Part shown: in pieces, positions 1 to 12,264 of the stretch
How the letters are laid out: every line of letters starts with the position of its first letter
Numbering within the stretch: the stretch's first letter is position 1
Assembly: GCA_951406725.2 (NCBI GenBank)
Contig: OX597819.1
Span: 75,826,001 to 75,890,000, forward strand
From: Octopus vulgaris
Taxonomy: Eukaryota
Length of the DNA stretch: 64,000 nucleotides
Direction: 5' to 3'
Notes under the pieces: generated by a model
What the model was told of the DNA's origin: nothing
Seen by the model: the letters and a program-made list of their open reading frames with translations, nothing else
Databases searched by the model: none
Position numbers and translations under genes: made by a program

Positions 1-37
1 CATGTGTGCATGCAAGTATGAGTGTAATAGAAAAAAT

Positions 38-288
38 AAATGCGCCCTTTTAAAGCCTAGCCAGGCTCATGGGCCCGGTTTCCCGGTTTCTATGCCGTAT
101 GTGTTCCCCAGCTGGACGGGACGCCAGTCCATCGCAGCGTTACTCATTTTTGCCAGCTGAGTGGACTGGAGCAACGTGAAATGAAGTGTTTTGCTCAAGA
201 ACACAATGCGTCGCCCGGTTCAGGAATCGAAACCACAATCTTACGATCATGGTGCTGACACACTATCCACTAAGCCACGCGCCTCCAC
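38..288 (-). mobile_element. tRNA-derived SINE (family A; central domain resembles Meta/V-type SINE domains)
   Basis: Minus strand reads GTGGAGGCGCGTGGCTTAGTGG (box A) ... GGTTTCGATTCC (box B), then GCTGCGATGGACTGGCGTCCCGTCCAG. Superfamily assignment is from memory. Confidence 0.75.
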
Positions 289-471
289 ATAAGTATGTGT
301 GTGTACGTGACTAAATTTAATATGACTAAATCATCTTTTTAAACGATTAAAACCGGTTGCCTGTTATTTAGATAACGTGAATTCTTCCTTAATTTTTATC
401 ATGACAAAGTTCTCAAAGTATTTATATTTTATGTTTTTGCTTTCATGTTCTACATATATATACATATGCAT

Positions 472-777
472 GTGTGGTAAGAAGCTTACTTCCCAACCAC
501 ATGATTCCGAGTTCAGTCCTAGGTGCTTTTTATTATAGTCATGTATGTGATTTGGTAGACGAAAACTGGAAGAAGCCCGTAGTGTGTGTGTCAATCACCA
601 CAGGACAACCGCTGTTGGTATGTTTACGTTCCTGTACCCTAACGGTTCGACAAAAGATTCCGATAGAATAAGTACTAGGCTCAAAAAAATAAGTCTCGGT
701 GTCGAATTGTTCAACTAAAACCCTCCAAGGCGGTGCTCCAGCATGGCTGCAGTCAAATGAGTGAAACAAGAAAAAGA
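472..777 (+). mobile_element. SINE family B, degenerate and internally deleted copy
   Basis: Shares the head GTGTGGTAAGAAGCTT...GTTCAGTCC and tail GGCGGTGCTCCAGCATGGC...GAAACAAG with full copies at 7599, 25595, 59192 and 63552. Confidence 0.8.
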
Positions 778-813
778 TATCAGATGAAGTTAAAAGATAT
801 ATGTATATATATG

Positions 814-875
<62 letters not shown>

Positions 876-1019
876 TGTGTGTGTGTATGTGTGTAAGTGT
901 AAGCATGCATTTATGTATGTATTACAGATTTCATGTGCAAGCGAAAGCTTTCGCTTTAGCTAAATTATAGTCAGCTCTTTGAAACAAAATATTAAGTTTC
1001 AGAGGAGCTATATATATTT

Positions 1020-2603
1020 AAGTAATGACAGGCTATATTCTGAAGTGACAGATATAACTGCGACCAGGATTGAGGACCGAATTAACACTGCATGAACGGA
1101 CATCTGTAGACGGAGACAAATACATAAATTCAAGGCAACTTCATCACAAATAACAGTAGATTACCGAGATTTTATCACCCCATTAAAACACACAAGAATA
1201 GCAAAACGATCCAGATTAGACCCATCATCTCCAGCGTGGAAGGCCCTCTATATAAAATATCCTGGTTACTTTCTCACCTCCTGAAACTCATACTCTCCAC
1301 CTTTCCTGGACACGTCAAGAACTCCGACGAAATCATCAAAAGACTGCACAAATTGCCCCTAGACCAACTCGGGCAAAACAGATATGCCTTTAGTCTTGAC
1401 GTTGTCTCAATGTACACAACGGTGCCAGCACACTCGGCGGTCAACCTATTGACTGACTGCATAACAGCGTCCGACATCCAATGCTTCGGACTTACCGCAG
1501 ATGGTATTCATCAAATTACGTCCATCATCGTGGACAACGCCTACTTCTCTTTCCAGGACTACATATACAAACAGACAACAAGTCTTTCCATGGGATTCAG
1601 ACTCTCGGGTCTATTAGCCATCACTTATATGAACCATCTGGAACGTCGAGCACTCAACATCTGCCACTCATGCACCTTCTTTACCAGGTACGTAGATGAC
1701 ATCCTCATACTCACATCCTCCCATGAAGAGGCTGACACAATATTCACGACGTTCAATAACATGGACATGAACATACAGTTCACTATAGAACATCCTGTCA
1801 TCACTGGATCGCTATCACTACTTGACTTCAAACTGAATATAACGGAAGGGGAGATCCACACCGAGTTCTACAGGAAAGCAGCCAGTAGAGATGTGTTTGT
1901 CCAATACAATTCAGCACTTCCACTCGGTGCCAAAATAGCCTATGCCAGATATGAACTTATACGCAACCAGGGTAAGTGCAGTAGAGCGGAGGACAAGTGA
2001 CCCACACTACACGCACGCTTCCTAGATATAATGAAAACCAACGGGTACCCTAGATCCATTGTAAATAGGCTTAAGTACCCAAGACGACCAACACACCGAA
2101 CACATAAAAAACACAGCAACACATACTTCCTTAAAATACCCCATTTTAGCGAGAGGATAACTACATCCATCCGAAGAGCCATAAGAAGAGAAGGGCTAGA
2201 CATACAACTAGTCCACTCCGGCCCCTCTCTGAGAGGACCCCTCGCAAAGAAACGAACAAGGGACAACAGTCAATGTACACTAACAAACTATCCGATCCAT
2301 GACACAGATTTATGCCAACGGGTAAATGTTGTGTATAGAATACAATGTAGCAAATGCAACAAGTTCTATGTGGGTAGCACAACAAGACCGTTACACATCT
2401 GCATCAGAGAACATCTGAACACGAGAGCCTCCTCCTTCAGAAAACATCTAGACAGATGCCGGGACACCGACAAAAGCATAACAGTCCCAACTGAGGCCAA
2501 TGAAAGAAATTTGGGTAATTTAAGCATTAAAAAAGCTATACTGAAAGATACACTAGGGCCCCAAATTAACAGGCTTGAGGTTGGGAATCAATATATTATT
2601 TAG
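1020..2603 (+). mobile_element. Penelope-like retroelement (RT plus C-terminal GIY-YIG endonuclease), decayed
   Basis: LPRFYHPIKTHK and IRPIISS upstream; SLDVVSMYT, YKQTTSLSMG, RYVDD, LSLLD in ORF 1236-2000. Same-frame ORF 2031-2603 has VVYRIQCSKCNKFYVGSTTRPLHICIREH (GIY-YIG). In-frame TGA at 1998-2000 and further upstream lesions. Confidence 0.92.
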
Positions 2604-2902
2604 CTATATCTGGATGCACGTGGTTTCGTTTTTGATTATATTCTCATCTGAAGTTTATAACAAAAGACAAAAAGCGAAAAAAAGAAGAGCGAAAAAAAAA
2701 GCTGCACGTATAATACATAACTTTGAAGCAGCGCTACGGATGTACCAGCGGATGTACACGAGACTGATACATGGCCGACTTCATGCACTTTTCATGATGA
2801 ATTCCGGAAGGAGCTTCGTGAGACCACTGTTGAGACGCTTCAAAATAAAAAAAAAGAATAATAAAGAAGAAAAGTCGTTGGAAAACCGATTATAATAGTG
2901 AT

Positions 2903-2961
2903 TCCATCTAAGAATATCTGAAGAAGGAATTTTATTCCGAAATATCATATCAGACTATGGA
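2903..2961 (+). ncRNA. Type I hammerhead ribozyme-like motif, probably in the PLE pseudo-LTR (one stem I mismatch)
   Basis: CTGAAGA (2918) - A - GGAAT/ATTCC stem II - GAAA - TATCATA-TC; distal stem I TCCAT/ATGGA. Lies ~300 bp after the PLE ORF on the same strand. Confidence 0.6.
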
Positions 2962-3594
2962 TGACTAAATTCCGAATTATCATATCAGACTATGGATGGT
3001 AAATAGGTCTAACTAAGTTTGCCCTTAATTTGACGGGCTACGTCTTCCACTCCACTTTACTACTTTCGCCGACAGAATGGCATTATCTCTCTCGTCCAAT
3101 TTCTCATTATAATGTTTGGAGACATTATGTTGTCTATAACATATTACAACTTCACTAACTTCATCGATATATGACTAAACATGGATTTCATTTGATTATT
3201 TACACACTTTGCAATCAATTATATAGATAATTACAAATATGGTCTGTAAAGATAACTTATTTTAATACAATATTTATGAGTACATTTTCAGACATTTTCC
3301 CGCATTAATCATATAAATATGCGCACACACTTCTTCACGGCTTCACAATCAGGTTTGCAATTTTGGTAATCCACGGAGAAAACAACAGAGAGTACGAATC
3401 TTTAAGAAAGTTCTTTCTTTTTTCTTAAAGAAACACTAAAATCTCCTTCCCCATTTACCCATCACCTCACCACTTTCAAAAAACTAAAAACTCCCAAAGT
3501 TTCCTTTTTAGCTTTTTTGGAAAGGGGGGAAGTTTCTTCAAAGATAAGGTCGGTTATTTATTGTTTCTAGCATGTCGGGTGATTTTTTTTTACG

Positions 3595-3749
3595 TCTGCT
3601 ATTTCAGTATAATTCTACGCCTGCGCGAAACATCAGACGACAGTGAAACATTGTGAGTTTGTAGCCGATTCTGCCCATAAGAAAGGAACGAATAATATAA
3701 TCTGGCTGTAGGTCTTAACACCCGGGCAACGCCGGGATGCATTGCTAAT
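3595..3749 (+). mobile_element. Short non-autonomous Helitron-like element (3' end clear, 5' end uncertain)
   Basis: CCCGGGCAACGCCGGG hairpin followed ~8 nt later by CTAA (CTRR) then T; same hairpin on the minus strand at 40423-40450. Confidence 0.45.
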
Positions 3750-3771
3750 GCGCGTGTGCGTTGTATAACTA

Positions 3772-3821
<50 letters not shown>

Positions 3822-3862
3822 TACATATATGATGCATATATACACATTTTCATACACGTATA

Positions 3863-3917
<55 letters not shown>

Positions 3918-3975
3918 CATACCTATCTGCAAACTAACGCTTACTATGGGAATACACTTATTTGGGCTTTATATA

Positions 3976-4063
<88 letters not shown>

Positions 4064-4395
4064 CATGACTTTTATGATCTTATCATCACGTTCATTTTCT
4101 TTTATTACTTAATTTAGATCATACATGAACGCTATTCGTATTCTGAAGTTATACTTGACAGGGATGTTTCTAATGTTGTTTTTATATCAACTATATTATT
4201 AAATGCGAAGCTAAAACGCACATCAAAACACTCGAGGAAAGAATAAAATCAACAAATCATCTAAATTTGACAGCTTTTTTAGGAACACATATCGGGAAGA
4301 AGACGTGTATAGGATGTTCCGGTTAATTCTCTATCTTCGAGCACATACATACACTCCCATACAGACGAATATCCGTCGAACTCTCCCCTAGTTTC

Positions 4396-4440
<45 letters not shown>

Positions 4441-4483
4441 CAAACAAGCACCGCCACAGCCATGTATATATATATATATATAA

Positions 4484-4930
4484 TAATAAATATTAGGGAA
4501 TAAATCCAAATTTACAGGGAAAAATCAGATTTAGGATTGAATCCAATTTTATAGTAAAATATTATATAATATTAATTAGAGACAAAACCACTATTATGCA
4601 AATCAAACAAAGAAAGACTTAATCCAATACATAAAAAAATTTATATAAATTAAATAAAATTAAGTTATCCACTACAATTGTTTCTTGTCACTTCTAAGGA
4701 CATTCATCAGGTGGTTTTCAGACCTAAAAATAATCAATATTTTTAAGATATAAATTTAACACGATATTTACGTACTCCCAGAAAAATTTTTACGTCGATC
4801 CTGAATGGAACTTTATACGCAAACCATTCGATACAGTCGCCATAGGAAATTTTATGCACACAGCGCCATATGGCCCGTTTCACTTCAGCACTTAATTTAT
4901 TTTATTTTATTTTATTCCAATTTTATAAAT
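4484..4930 (-). mobile_element. Non-coding HHR-bearing element (PLE pLTR or retrozyme-like), 3' end abutting a TA-rich tract; boundaries approximate
   Basis: Contains the HHR at 4669-4714 and begins just after the (TA)n tract at ~4465-4482. Confidence 0.5.
4669..4714 (-). ncRNA. Type I hammerhead ribozyme
   Basis: Minus strand: CCAC-CTGATGA-A-TGTC(cttagaagt)GACA-A-GAAA-CAATTG-TA-GTGG. Stem I CCAC/GTGG, stem II TGTC/GACA, palindromic stem III ACAATTGT, GUA cleavage triplet. Confidence 0.8.
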
Positions 4931-5077
4931 TCTCCCATACATGCAAAGCCACATACTCAGGTTCGAGTCCTCGACTAACAGCTATTTTTCATATAATCAC
5001 ATTCCTTTAGTTCTATCTCGTTTTCCAACCACAATATATATAAAGCGACGGGGAGGGAGAATATGTATATAAATATA

Positions 5078-5141
<64 letters not shown>

Positions 5142-6016
5142 CATGCACACACACACACACACATATATATGAACGTATAGACAATATAGATACATGCAAA
5201 CATCAGGACGTAGCTTTTAGATACTTGATAGGAATCCCACTGAACGTTATGACAATAAATTCCGATTGTGACATGAGTGATGAAAAAATATCACTCATGT
5301 CCAAATATGTTCGTAAGATTCTATCTTGCCAGGAACCACTCGCAAATCTTATACGTTGGAAGGATAATCCTGGCGACCATATCAAAGACACACTAGAACA
5401 ACAAGTTATCCACAATTCTAAAATTAAAGAATACTGGTGGAATATTTAAATAAAAGCTGCCAACCGGTTTCAACACAACACGCCAGGAATTGTTGAATGA
5501 GTCAAAGGGAAAGTCCTGTACTCTTGTAGAGATCAGCTGCCCGGTGGCTGTGAAGGGCTCTTGTGGAGATTAGCTGTCCGGTGACTGCGAATACTTCTTC
5601 AAAAACTGAGGTTTTCCCCAATTTTGGGCGAGAAGTTATACGAAGAAACCTCATGATCTTATATTTGCACCTATTATCATATGTATACTGCCCTACATAA
5701 CAAAAGATACGCATAAAATGCGTTGGTTCTTAGAATTAAAAAAACAACAACAATAAAAACACCTGATGCATCCTCTAAATAAGATCGTTAGAGATACAAT
5801 GGAAGTTTGTAAAACCTTCCAGCGATTCTCCATTTGACGTTCGAAGGTTTTGAGTTGAACATACACTCACACAATCAGACATATGTGTATATATAGAATA
5901 CACACGCGCATACACATAGACAACAATGAAGGACACATACTTCAGTACTAATGTCACATGAACACAAACTACAGGGGTTTATAAAGAAATATTTTCATAA
6001 TTATTTCAAAATATCT

Positions 6017-7050
6017 ATTGGGTTGTCAACTAAGTTCCCGCCGTTTTTTTTTTAATTTTGGAATTTATTGCGTTTTTAAATTTTGGAATCTATTGTTTTC
6101 GAGAATTCTATTTTTGAATCATTATGGAATACATATATATATATATATTTTTTTTTTTTTCTAGTCAATTTAAGTTAATTTTTGTTTATTTTTAGATCAT
6201 TAAAATGGAATGTCAAGTTAAGAAAAACGAGCATTTTCGACACCTCCTTCATTTGCTTTTAATCAAGGTTCTAATGCCACAAAAGCTACTCGCGACATTT
6301 GTGCTGTGTATGGAGAGGGCGACATAGCTGAAAGAACTGCTCGTGACAGGTATGCCAAGTTCAAAAATGGAAATTTTTATCTCAAAGACGCACCTCATTC
6401 TGACCGTTCAGTTGAGTTCGATGAAGAGCGATTAAACCAACTTTTGCACAAAAAGTCTCGTGAAACGACAAGGGAACTGGCAGAGAAAATGGAATGCTCC
6501 CACACTGCTATAGGGAAGCATCTTCACTCGATGGGAAAGGTTCAGAAATATAGAGCATGGGTTCCGCATCCTTTAAATGACAACAAAAATCAACGAGCTA
6601 CAATCTCCGCTGGTTTGCTTGCTCGCCACCGCTCAACTCATGGACAGAAGCAACGATTTCCTTACCGAATCATTACTGGTGACAAAAAATAGTACCTGTA
6701 CATCAATATGAAGCAGCGTAACGAATGGATTAGCCCCGGTAAACAAGCGACACCGTGCGTGAAACGAGACCTTCATCCGCGTAAAATGATGTTGTGAATA
6801 TGGTGGGACTGGAAGGGATTATCCATTACGAATTGCTTGAATGCAACCAAACGGTCAACGCGGAACTCTGTGTTCACCAGATGTAACGACGACTCAACAC
6901 GGCTATTCAAGAGAAAAGACCTAATATTGTCAATATGACCAAGTAAGCCATTCAAACGCATGGCTGGGAAGTGCTGCTACACATGCCGTAATCTCCTGAT
7001 ATGGCACCAACGGATTTCCATCTCTTTCGATTTCTTTCAAATACTATGCG
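6017..7050 (+). mobile_element. mariner transposon relic (frameshifted, 3' truncated)
   Basis: TA+TTGGGTTGTCAACTAAG left TIR; ATG at 6205 gives MECQVKKNEHFRH; WVPH and IITGDK motifs; degenerate SPDMAPTDFHLFR near 6990-7030. No right TIR found. Confidence 0.9.
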
Positions 7051-7052
7051 TC

Positions 7053-7284
7053 GTCGTGGCGGTGGTATAAAATGTCGTTTACGGTAGTTGACTTATTGAA
7101 ATATTATACTGTTAAATTTTCGTAATGCAAATATGTAAATGAAAATAAAGTTTATTTGGTAGCTGAAAGATTACTGAATATTTTGATACTCCATACGTCA
7201 AAATCGGCAACTAAGTTTTCGAATCTTTAAAGAACATACATACACACACAGAGAGAAAGAAACCTTGATTTATTATATAAGAAT
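7053..7284 (-). mobile_element. Possible non-autonomous Helitron/HINE-like 5' fragment truncating the mariner
   Basis: Minus strand begins TCTTATATAATAAA followed by CTCTGTGTGTGTATG, typical of such ends. Weak evidence. Confidence 0.35.
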
Positions 7285-7598
7285 ATATACATGTGTGTGT
7301 ATGTGCGTGTACACGCGTGCAAGTGTCGATGCGCTGCAAGAAACTGCCAACTGATGAAGGGTCGATTTTTATCTTACTTTTCCATTTGTTTCACTCGTTC
7401 GCAAAAAAGATTGTCTTCGTATTTCATGCTGTTTATGCTTTGTGACGTTATGTACCCATATATGCATATATACATATATATGTCAGTATGTACATATATA
7501 TATATATATAATAATAATACTATATTTGTTCCACGTCCTCGCGTTGTTGTGTTTTTTTGTGCTTTCATGTTTGGATTAACTATATATATATATATAGT

Positions 7599-8006
7599 GG
7601 CGCAGGAGTGGCTGTGTGGTAAGTAGCTTGCTAACCAACCACATGGTTCCGGGTTCAGTCCCACTGCGTGGCATCTTGGGCAAGTGTCTTCTGCTATAGC
7701 CCCGGGCCGACCAATGCCTTGTGAGTGGATTTGGTAGACGGAAACTGTAAGAAGCCTGTCGTATATATGTATATATATGTGTGTGTGTGTGTGTTTGTGT
7801 GTCTGTCTTTGTCCCCCTAGCATTGCTTGACAACCGATGCTGGTGTGTTTACGTCCCCGTCAATTAGCGGTTCGGCAAAAGAGACCGATAGAATAAGTAC
7901 TGGTCTTACAAAGAATAAGTCCCGGGGTCGATTTGCTCGACTAAAGGCGGTGCTCCAGCATGGCCGCAGTCAAATGACTGAAACAAGTAAAAAAGTAAAA
8001 AAAAAA

Positions 8007-8007
<1 letters not shown>
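7599..8007 (+). mobile_element. SINE family B full-length copy (tRNA head, central TA/TG microsatellite, A-rich tail)
   Basis: Box A TGGCTGTGTGG, box B GGTTCAGTCCC, CORE-like CTTGGGCAAGTGTC, internal (TA)(TG)n; closely similar to 63552-63966. Confidence 0.9.
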
Positions 8008-8062
<55 letters not shown>

Positions 8063-8220
8063 GGCGGGTTTCTTTACGTTTCCGACAAAGTTGTAGCGGA
8101 CCCAAAGCAATAATAGGAAATATTTCATATTACGAAACGCTTCCCAATATGTCGCGTAGTGGGACTGAACTCAGAAGGAGGTTGCTGTGATGCAAATTTC
8201 GTATCACATAGTCACCTGTG

Positions 8221-8297
<77 letters not shown>

Positions 8298-8951
8298 GGG
8301 AGAGAGAGAGAGAAGGAGAGAGAAAGAGAAAGAGAGAGAGAGAGGCAAGGAGTGAGAGAGGTGCGGAAACACTGAAATATTCGTTCAGTAGATATTGACT
8401 AATACTAACTCACTGACCATAAATGCCCATCCTACTAAAATCAAATATCGCAGTTGTGAATACACAAAGCAGTGAATCATTTTCCACGGTAATTATTACT
8501 CACTAATCAATAGTGAAATAACTAGTTTTGTTTTTCACTCTAATCGATGGTGTATTAAAATGATTGCATATTGGAGACTATTTATAAAAACAGCTCCCTA
8601 ACTTAGAAAACTGGATATCCTTTGCTGCCTTTTCAGCTTCCGCGGCAGCTATACTAAGCGTTAAGATACGATGAATGCAGATTCCGCTACGTGGCCAAAG
8701 CAATTCTTTAGCCACATGAAGTGAACCTTCCCTTGTTTTTCTTTTATGCATATAGGTGAGAGTAAGAGAAACTTAGATTTATGGATAGATAGGGATAGCT
8801 AAATAGATAGATAAATTGATAGATAGGTAGATAGATAGATGGATAGAGACAAATAACAAGAGAGAGGAGAGAAACAGATAGACGGAGAAAAAGGAAAACA
8901 ACGTTTCTAAATGCACACACACACACTAACGCGCTCTCTCTCTCTACCGCT

Positions 8952-9002
<51 letters not shown>

Positions 9003-9087
9003 GTCCTCTTATGGTAAATACTGCAGTATTCTGCTTTCTAACACAACATCCACGCCAAGCTGGAGATGAATATTACTTATCGTTCTG

Positions 9088-9432
9088 GATGATAATTTTT
9101 TTTTGCCAAATACACACACGTACTATATATTCGTTCTTCACTAGCTTCATTATTGCTCTTATTTAGTCTCCTTTGTATGAAATCTTTTGTTATACATCCT
9201 GTAACCTCTTCAGCAACTGTGCATCTCACTTGGTATAAAGAGTCGCTGAAGAGGTGACAGGATGTGTGACGAAAGATTTTAAACAAGGAAGACTAAAATA
9301 AGAACAAAAGTAACGCTAAAGGGAAGAACCAATGTATAGTACATTTGTTTATTTGGCAGAAAAAGATAAAAATGACCATACCGAAATATAACAATATCTG
9401 TTTCAACCTACGATTACACGTCAGGAATCTTG
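9088..9432. repeat. Foldback (inverted-repeat) element with an HHR-like core in each arm
   Basis: Left arm ~9088-9218 is the imperfect reverse complement of ~9241-9375. Right arm has CTGAAGA-G-GTGAC..GTGAC-GAAA (9246-9274). Relatives at 43790, 47931 and 54118. Confidence 0.75.
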
Positions 9433-9664
9433 CTATGTCCACCGTAACTTAGCGGTTCAGCAAAAGTTTCACATAAACGTCATCATCAGCCTTATGCTCG
9501 AGGACATCCTCTCATTTATACATCTTGCTCATCTCAAGTATTTGATATAAATTCAATTGGTATTTGGAAGTGTTCTGTTTCCTGATGTGTTCACTGTAGC
9601 AGCTGTTCACTTCCAATACCGTACCTTCATCATTATCAAACTAAAGCTAATACTGCGTTAAGTA

Positions 9665-9840
9665 CCTTATTAACTCGTGTATAAGTCGTGCTCATTATTT
9701 AGTGTTAAATATTGCTACGAAATATTTCCCCTTCATATTCAAACTTGATGTCAACTGTGCTCCCACCCTAACCTTAACCCCACTTATTTTACGTTAAAAT
9801 AAAGTATAAAATAGTGCGACTTATACACGATTAAATATGG
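9665..9840. mobile_element. MITE, Tc1/mariner superfamily (Tc2/pogo-like TIR), TA target duplication
   Basis: TA|CCTTATTAACTCGTGTATAAGTCG ... CGACTTATACACGATTAAATATGG|TA imperfect ~24-bp TIRs. Confidence 0.75.
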
Positions 9841-9987
9841 TATATTTGAAAAAAAAAAGGGGGGAGGTCTTCAATATAGGTGTCTTTGTTCACCAATCTG
9901 CTGTATCAGGCCTGATAGGGTTTCAACAACAATAAAGGAGAATTAAAACTCGGCACCCCATCTGCCACATTAAATACACTGCGGGAA

Positions 9988-10303
9988 GTCACTCTATGCC
10001 GGGCAACAATTTCATCTTCAACATACTGGATGCATGGTCGACAGCTTTTATCTTGTGAAAGGTAGGAGAGTCCAGTTTGCTGGACATTGTTGTAGAGCTG
10101 AAAAAGAAGTAATTTCTACTCTTCTCCTCTGGAAGCCATCTACTCGCAATACCAGAGGGCGCACACTCTCCTACCCTGATGTAATCTCCAGGGATACAGG
10201 CATCCAGCAACAGGACCTCCGTAATGCCATGATGGACCGTGAAGTCTGGCGTAGCATGGTAAATTCCATTGTCTCGACCACGGTCGAACAATGATGATGA
10301 TGA
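9988..10303 (+). mobile_element. RTE-clade LINE 3' end fragment
   Basis: RRVQFAGHCCR...LLWKP...RGR...AMMDREVWR is the typical RTE C-terminus; stop is followed by a (TGA)n tail. Confidence 0.8.
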
Positions 10304-11473
10304 TTTATCTACTTGCCTCGATCTCTCAAGCAAAAACAATGACTATATCCTGAAATTTCCCCCTATTTCTCCCAACGTTTCTTTCATTTATCTTTCAGTT
10401 AATCTACTGACATTAAACAACAGATATATTTTACATCTCTCAATAGCTTCTTTCTTATTTCCGTTCTCCATCTCAATTTGGTTATGTTATTTTTGTGCTA
10501 TCCTTCAGAATTACTTTTTGCGTTTTGTTTTGTCTCAAACGAACAAAACTTCTAAATATATTCACCAGACTATCTTATATTTATATTTTACCATTTATTC
10601 TCGTCAAGCAGCCCATCGCCAGCCTACACATTTAGAGAGTATCATTCATTACATTAATAAATGCTTCCAGTTAAATACAGACATTTAAACAGAATTTAAA
10701 TTTCGAATTTACTTCTTCACTCATATTTACACATATTTATGCCGTAGGGGAATTCGAGAGAGACTGTTGGAGCAATGATAAAAGTTCTTTGATCGCACAT
10801 CTTGCTTACAGCACAACTGAGATAACAGAAACGTTATTGAACATATTTCATATGTTTTGATTGCAATTGCTGTTCTCTCGCTATGATTGGCTAGAGGCAG
10901 TTTAATGATTTTTCCGTCACAATAATTTCTGATCGATCTTACTTTTTTAAGTTCTACATATCGAGAAACATGCACACACGCACATACATGCACGCGCGCG
11001 CACCCGTCCCCATCACACGCATATCTCTCAGCGATTGGGAAACTGTATTCATAGTGTAATTTAGTAAAGTTCGATTTAAAATGTTTAGAACTACAATTCA
11101 CTGAAGGTGAATTGCGTTTGTTGTTTCATTCCGGATGTATGGTAAGTAGTGCATGCGTTTGATTCGTCTCATTGTATAGGATATAATTTGAGGAAGATTT
11201 TTCTGCTACTAAGAGATTTCTGGAGTTTCCAGAGGTTTGTGTTGATTCTTGTAGTTCCCGAGTTGAAAGAGTTGAGGTTGCAAATAACTGCGAAATTTTT
11301 GTTTTCTTACTTGGATTATATTTTAATCTTCACCAGACGCACGCATTGGATTTACCGGTGTGATATCTAAAGTTTCTACACCAGCTGAATTTTGATCTTC
11401 TATGAGACTCCAGTTCAAGAGAGTAGATAAACTCCATCTCGATGGAATGCTGCAATGGAAGTACTCTTTCACG

Positions 11474-11526
<53 letters not shown>

Positions 11527-11564
11527 TACATACATGCATGAATACATACATAGATACAAGCATG

Positions 11565-11616
<52 letters not shown>

Positions 11617-11623
11617 TCATACA

Positions 11624-11670
<47 letters not shown>

Positions 11671-11713
11671 ATATATAGAATATATTGTTGGGTATCACTC
11701 TGGTCGCAGGTAC

Positions 11714-11762
11714 TCGCGGCTGAAGATGAGCCAAATAACTCGAAACTGAGTCAGTCTCGCGA
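11714..11762 (+). ncRNA. Type I hammerhead ribozyme
   Basis: TCGCGG-CTGAAGA-T-GAG(ccaaataa)CTC-GAAA-CTGA-G-TCAG-TC-TCGCGA: 6-bp stem I (one G-U), 3-bp stem II, near-palindromic stem III ACTGA/TCAGT, GUC triplet. Confidence 0.85.
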
Positions 11763-12141
11763 TCTTCTTAGTTGCTAGTGGGTAGTAGAGGTTTGCTAGC
11801 AATATATTGTATATAAAGGGTGCAGAGCCTTCCACCGATAACCAGCTACGGAGAATCTCCCTGGGCTTAAACTGGTACTAACATTCAACAGCCACTTTGG
11901 TGTGGCGACTAGTTTTACTGTTTAGTGTGAGTGTGTGTATATATATACCGGCAGGTAGACATACTCAGTATGTCCTTTGATTGATATATATTATAATACA
12001 TTATATATAATTATATAGATAATATATGTGTGCGTGTGTATGTGCGTATATATATATATATATATATATATATTAATTATATATATTAATTATATAAATA
12101 TGTATATATATATATATATATAATGTATTATAATTTATATT

Positions 12142-12264
12142 AAAGGACTTACTGTGTATGTCTATCTGCTGGAAATAACAGTCAAAACTCTTATTTAAAT
12201 TGGCTATTTAAATAAGACTTTTGAGTATTATTTCCAGCAGGTAGACATACTCAGTATGCCCTTT
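12142..12264. repeat. ~59-bp-arm imperfect hairpin (loop TGGCT, 12201-12205)
   Basis: AAAGGACTTACTGTGTATGTCTATCTGCTGGAAATAA..ATTTAAAT pairs with ATTTAAAT..TTATTTCCAGCAGGTAGACATACTCAGTATGCCCTTT. Part of the right arm also occurs at 11950-11983. Confidence 0.85.

Noticed and set aside
1998-2000. In-frame TGA between PLE RT and GIY-YIG as selenocysteine or programmed readthrough
   Set aside because: Selenocysteine-using PLEs (some Naiads) have an N-terminal endonuclease. This copy has a C-terminal one, other upstream stops and frameshifts, and no SECIS that I could see, so decay is the simpler explanation.
7599-7680. tRNA genes at SINE heads
   Set aside because: Box A/B are present, but no convincing cloverleaf, and the sequence continues into a repeated SINE body.
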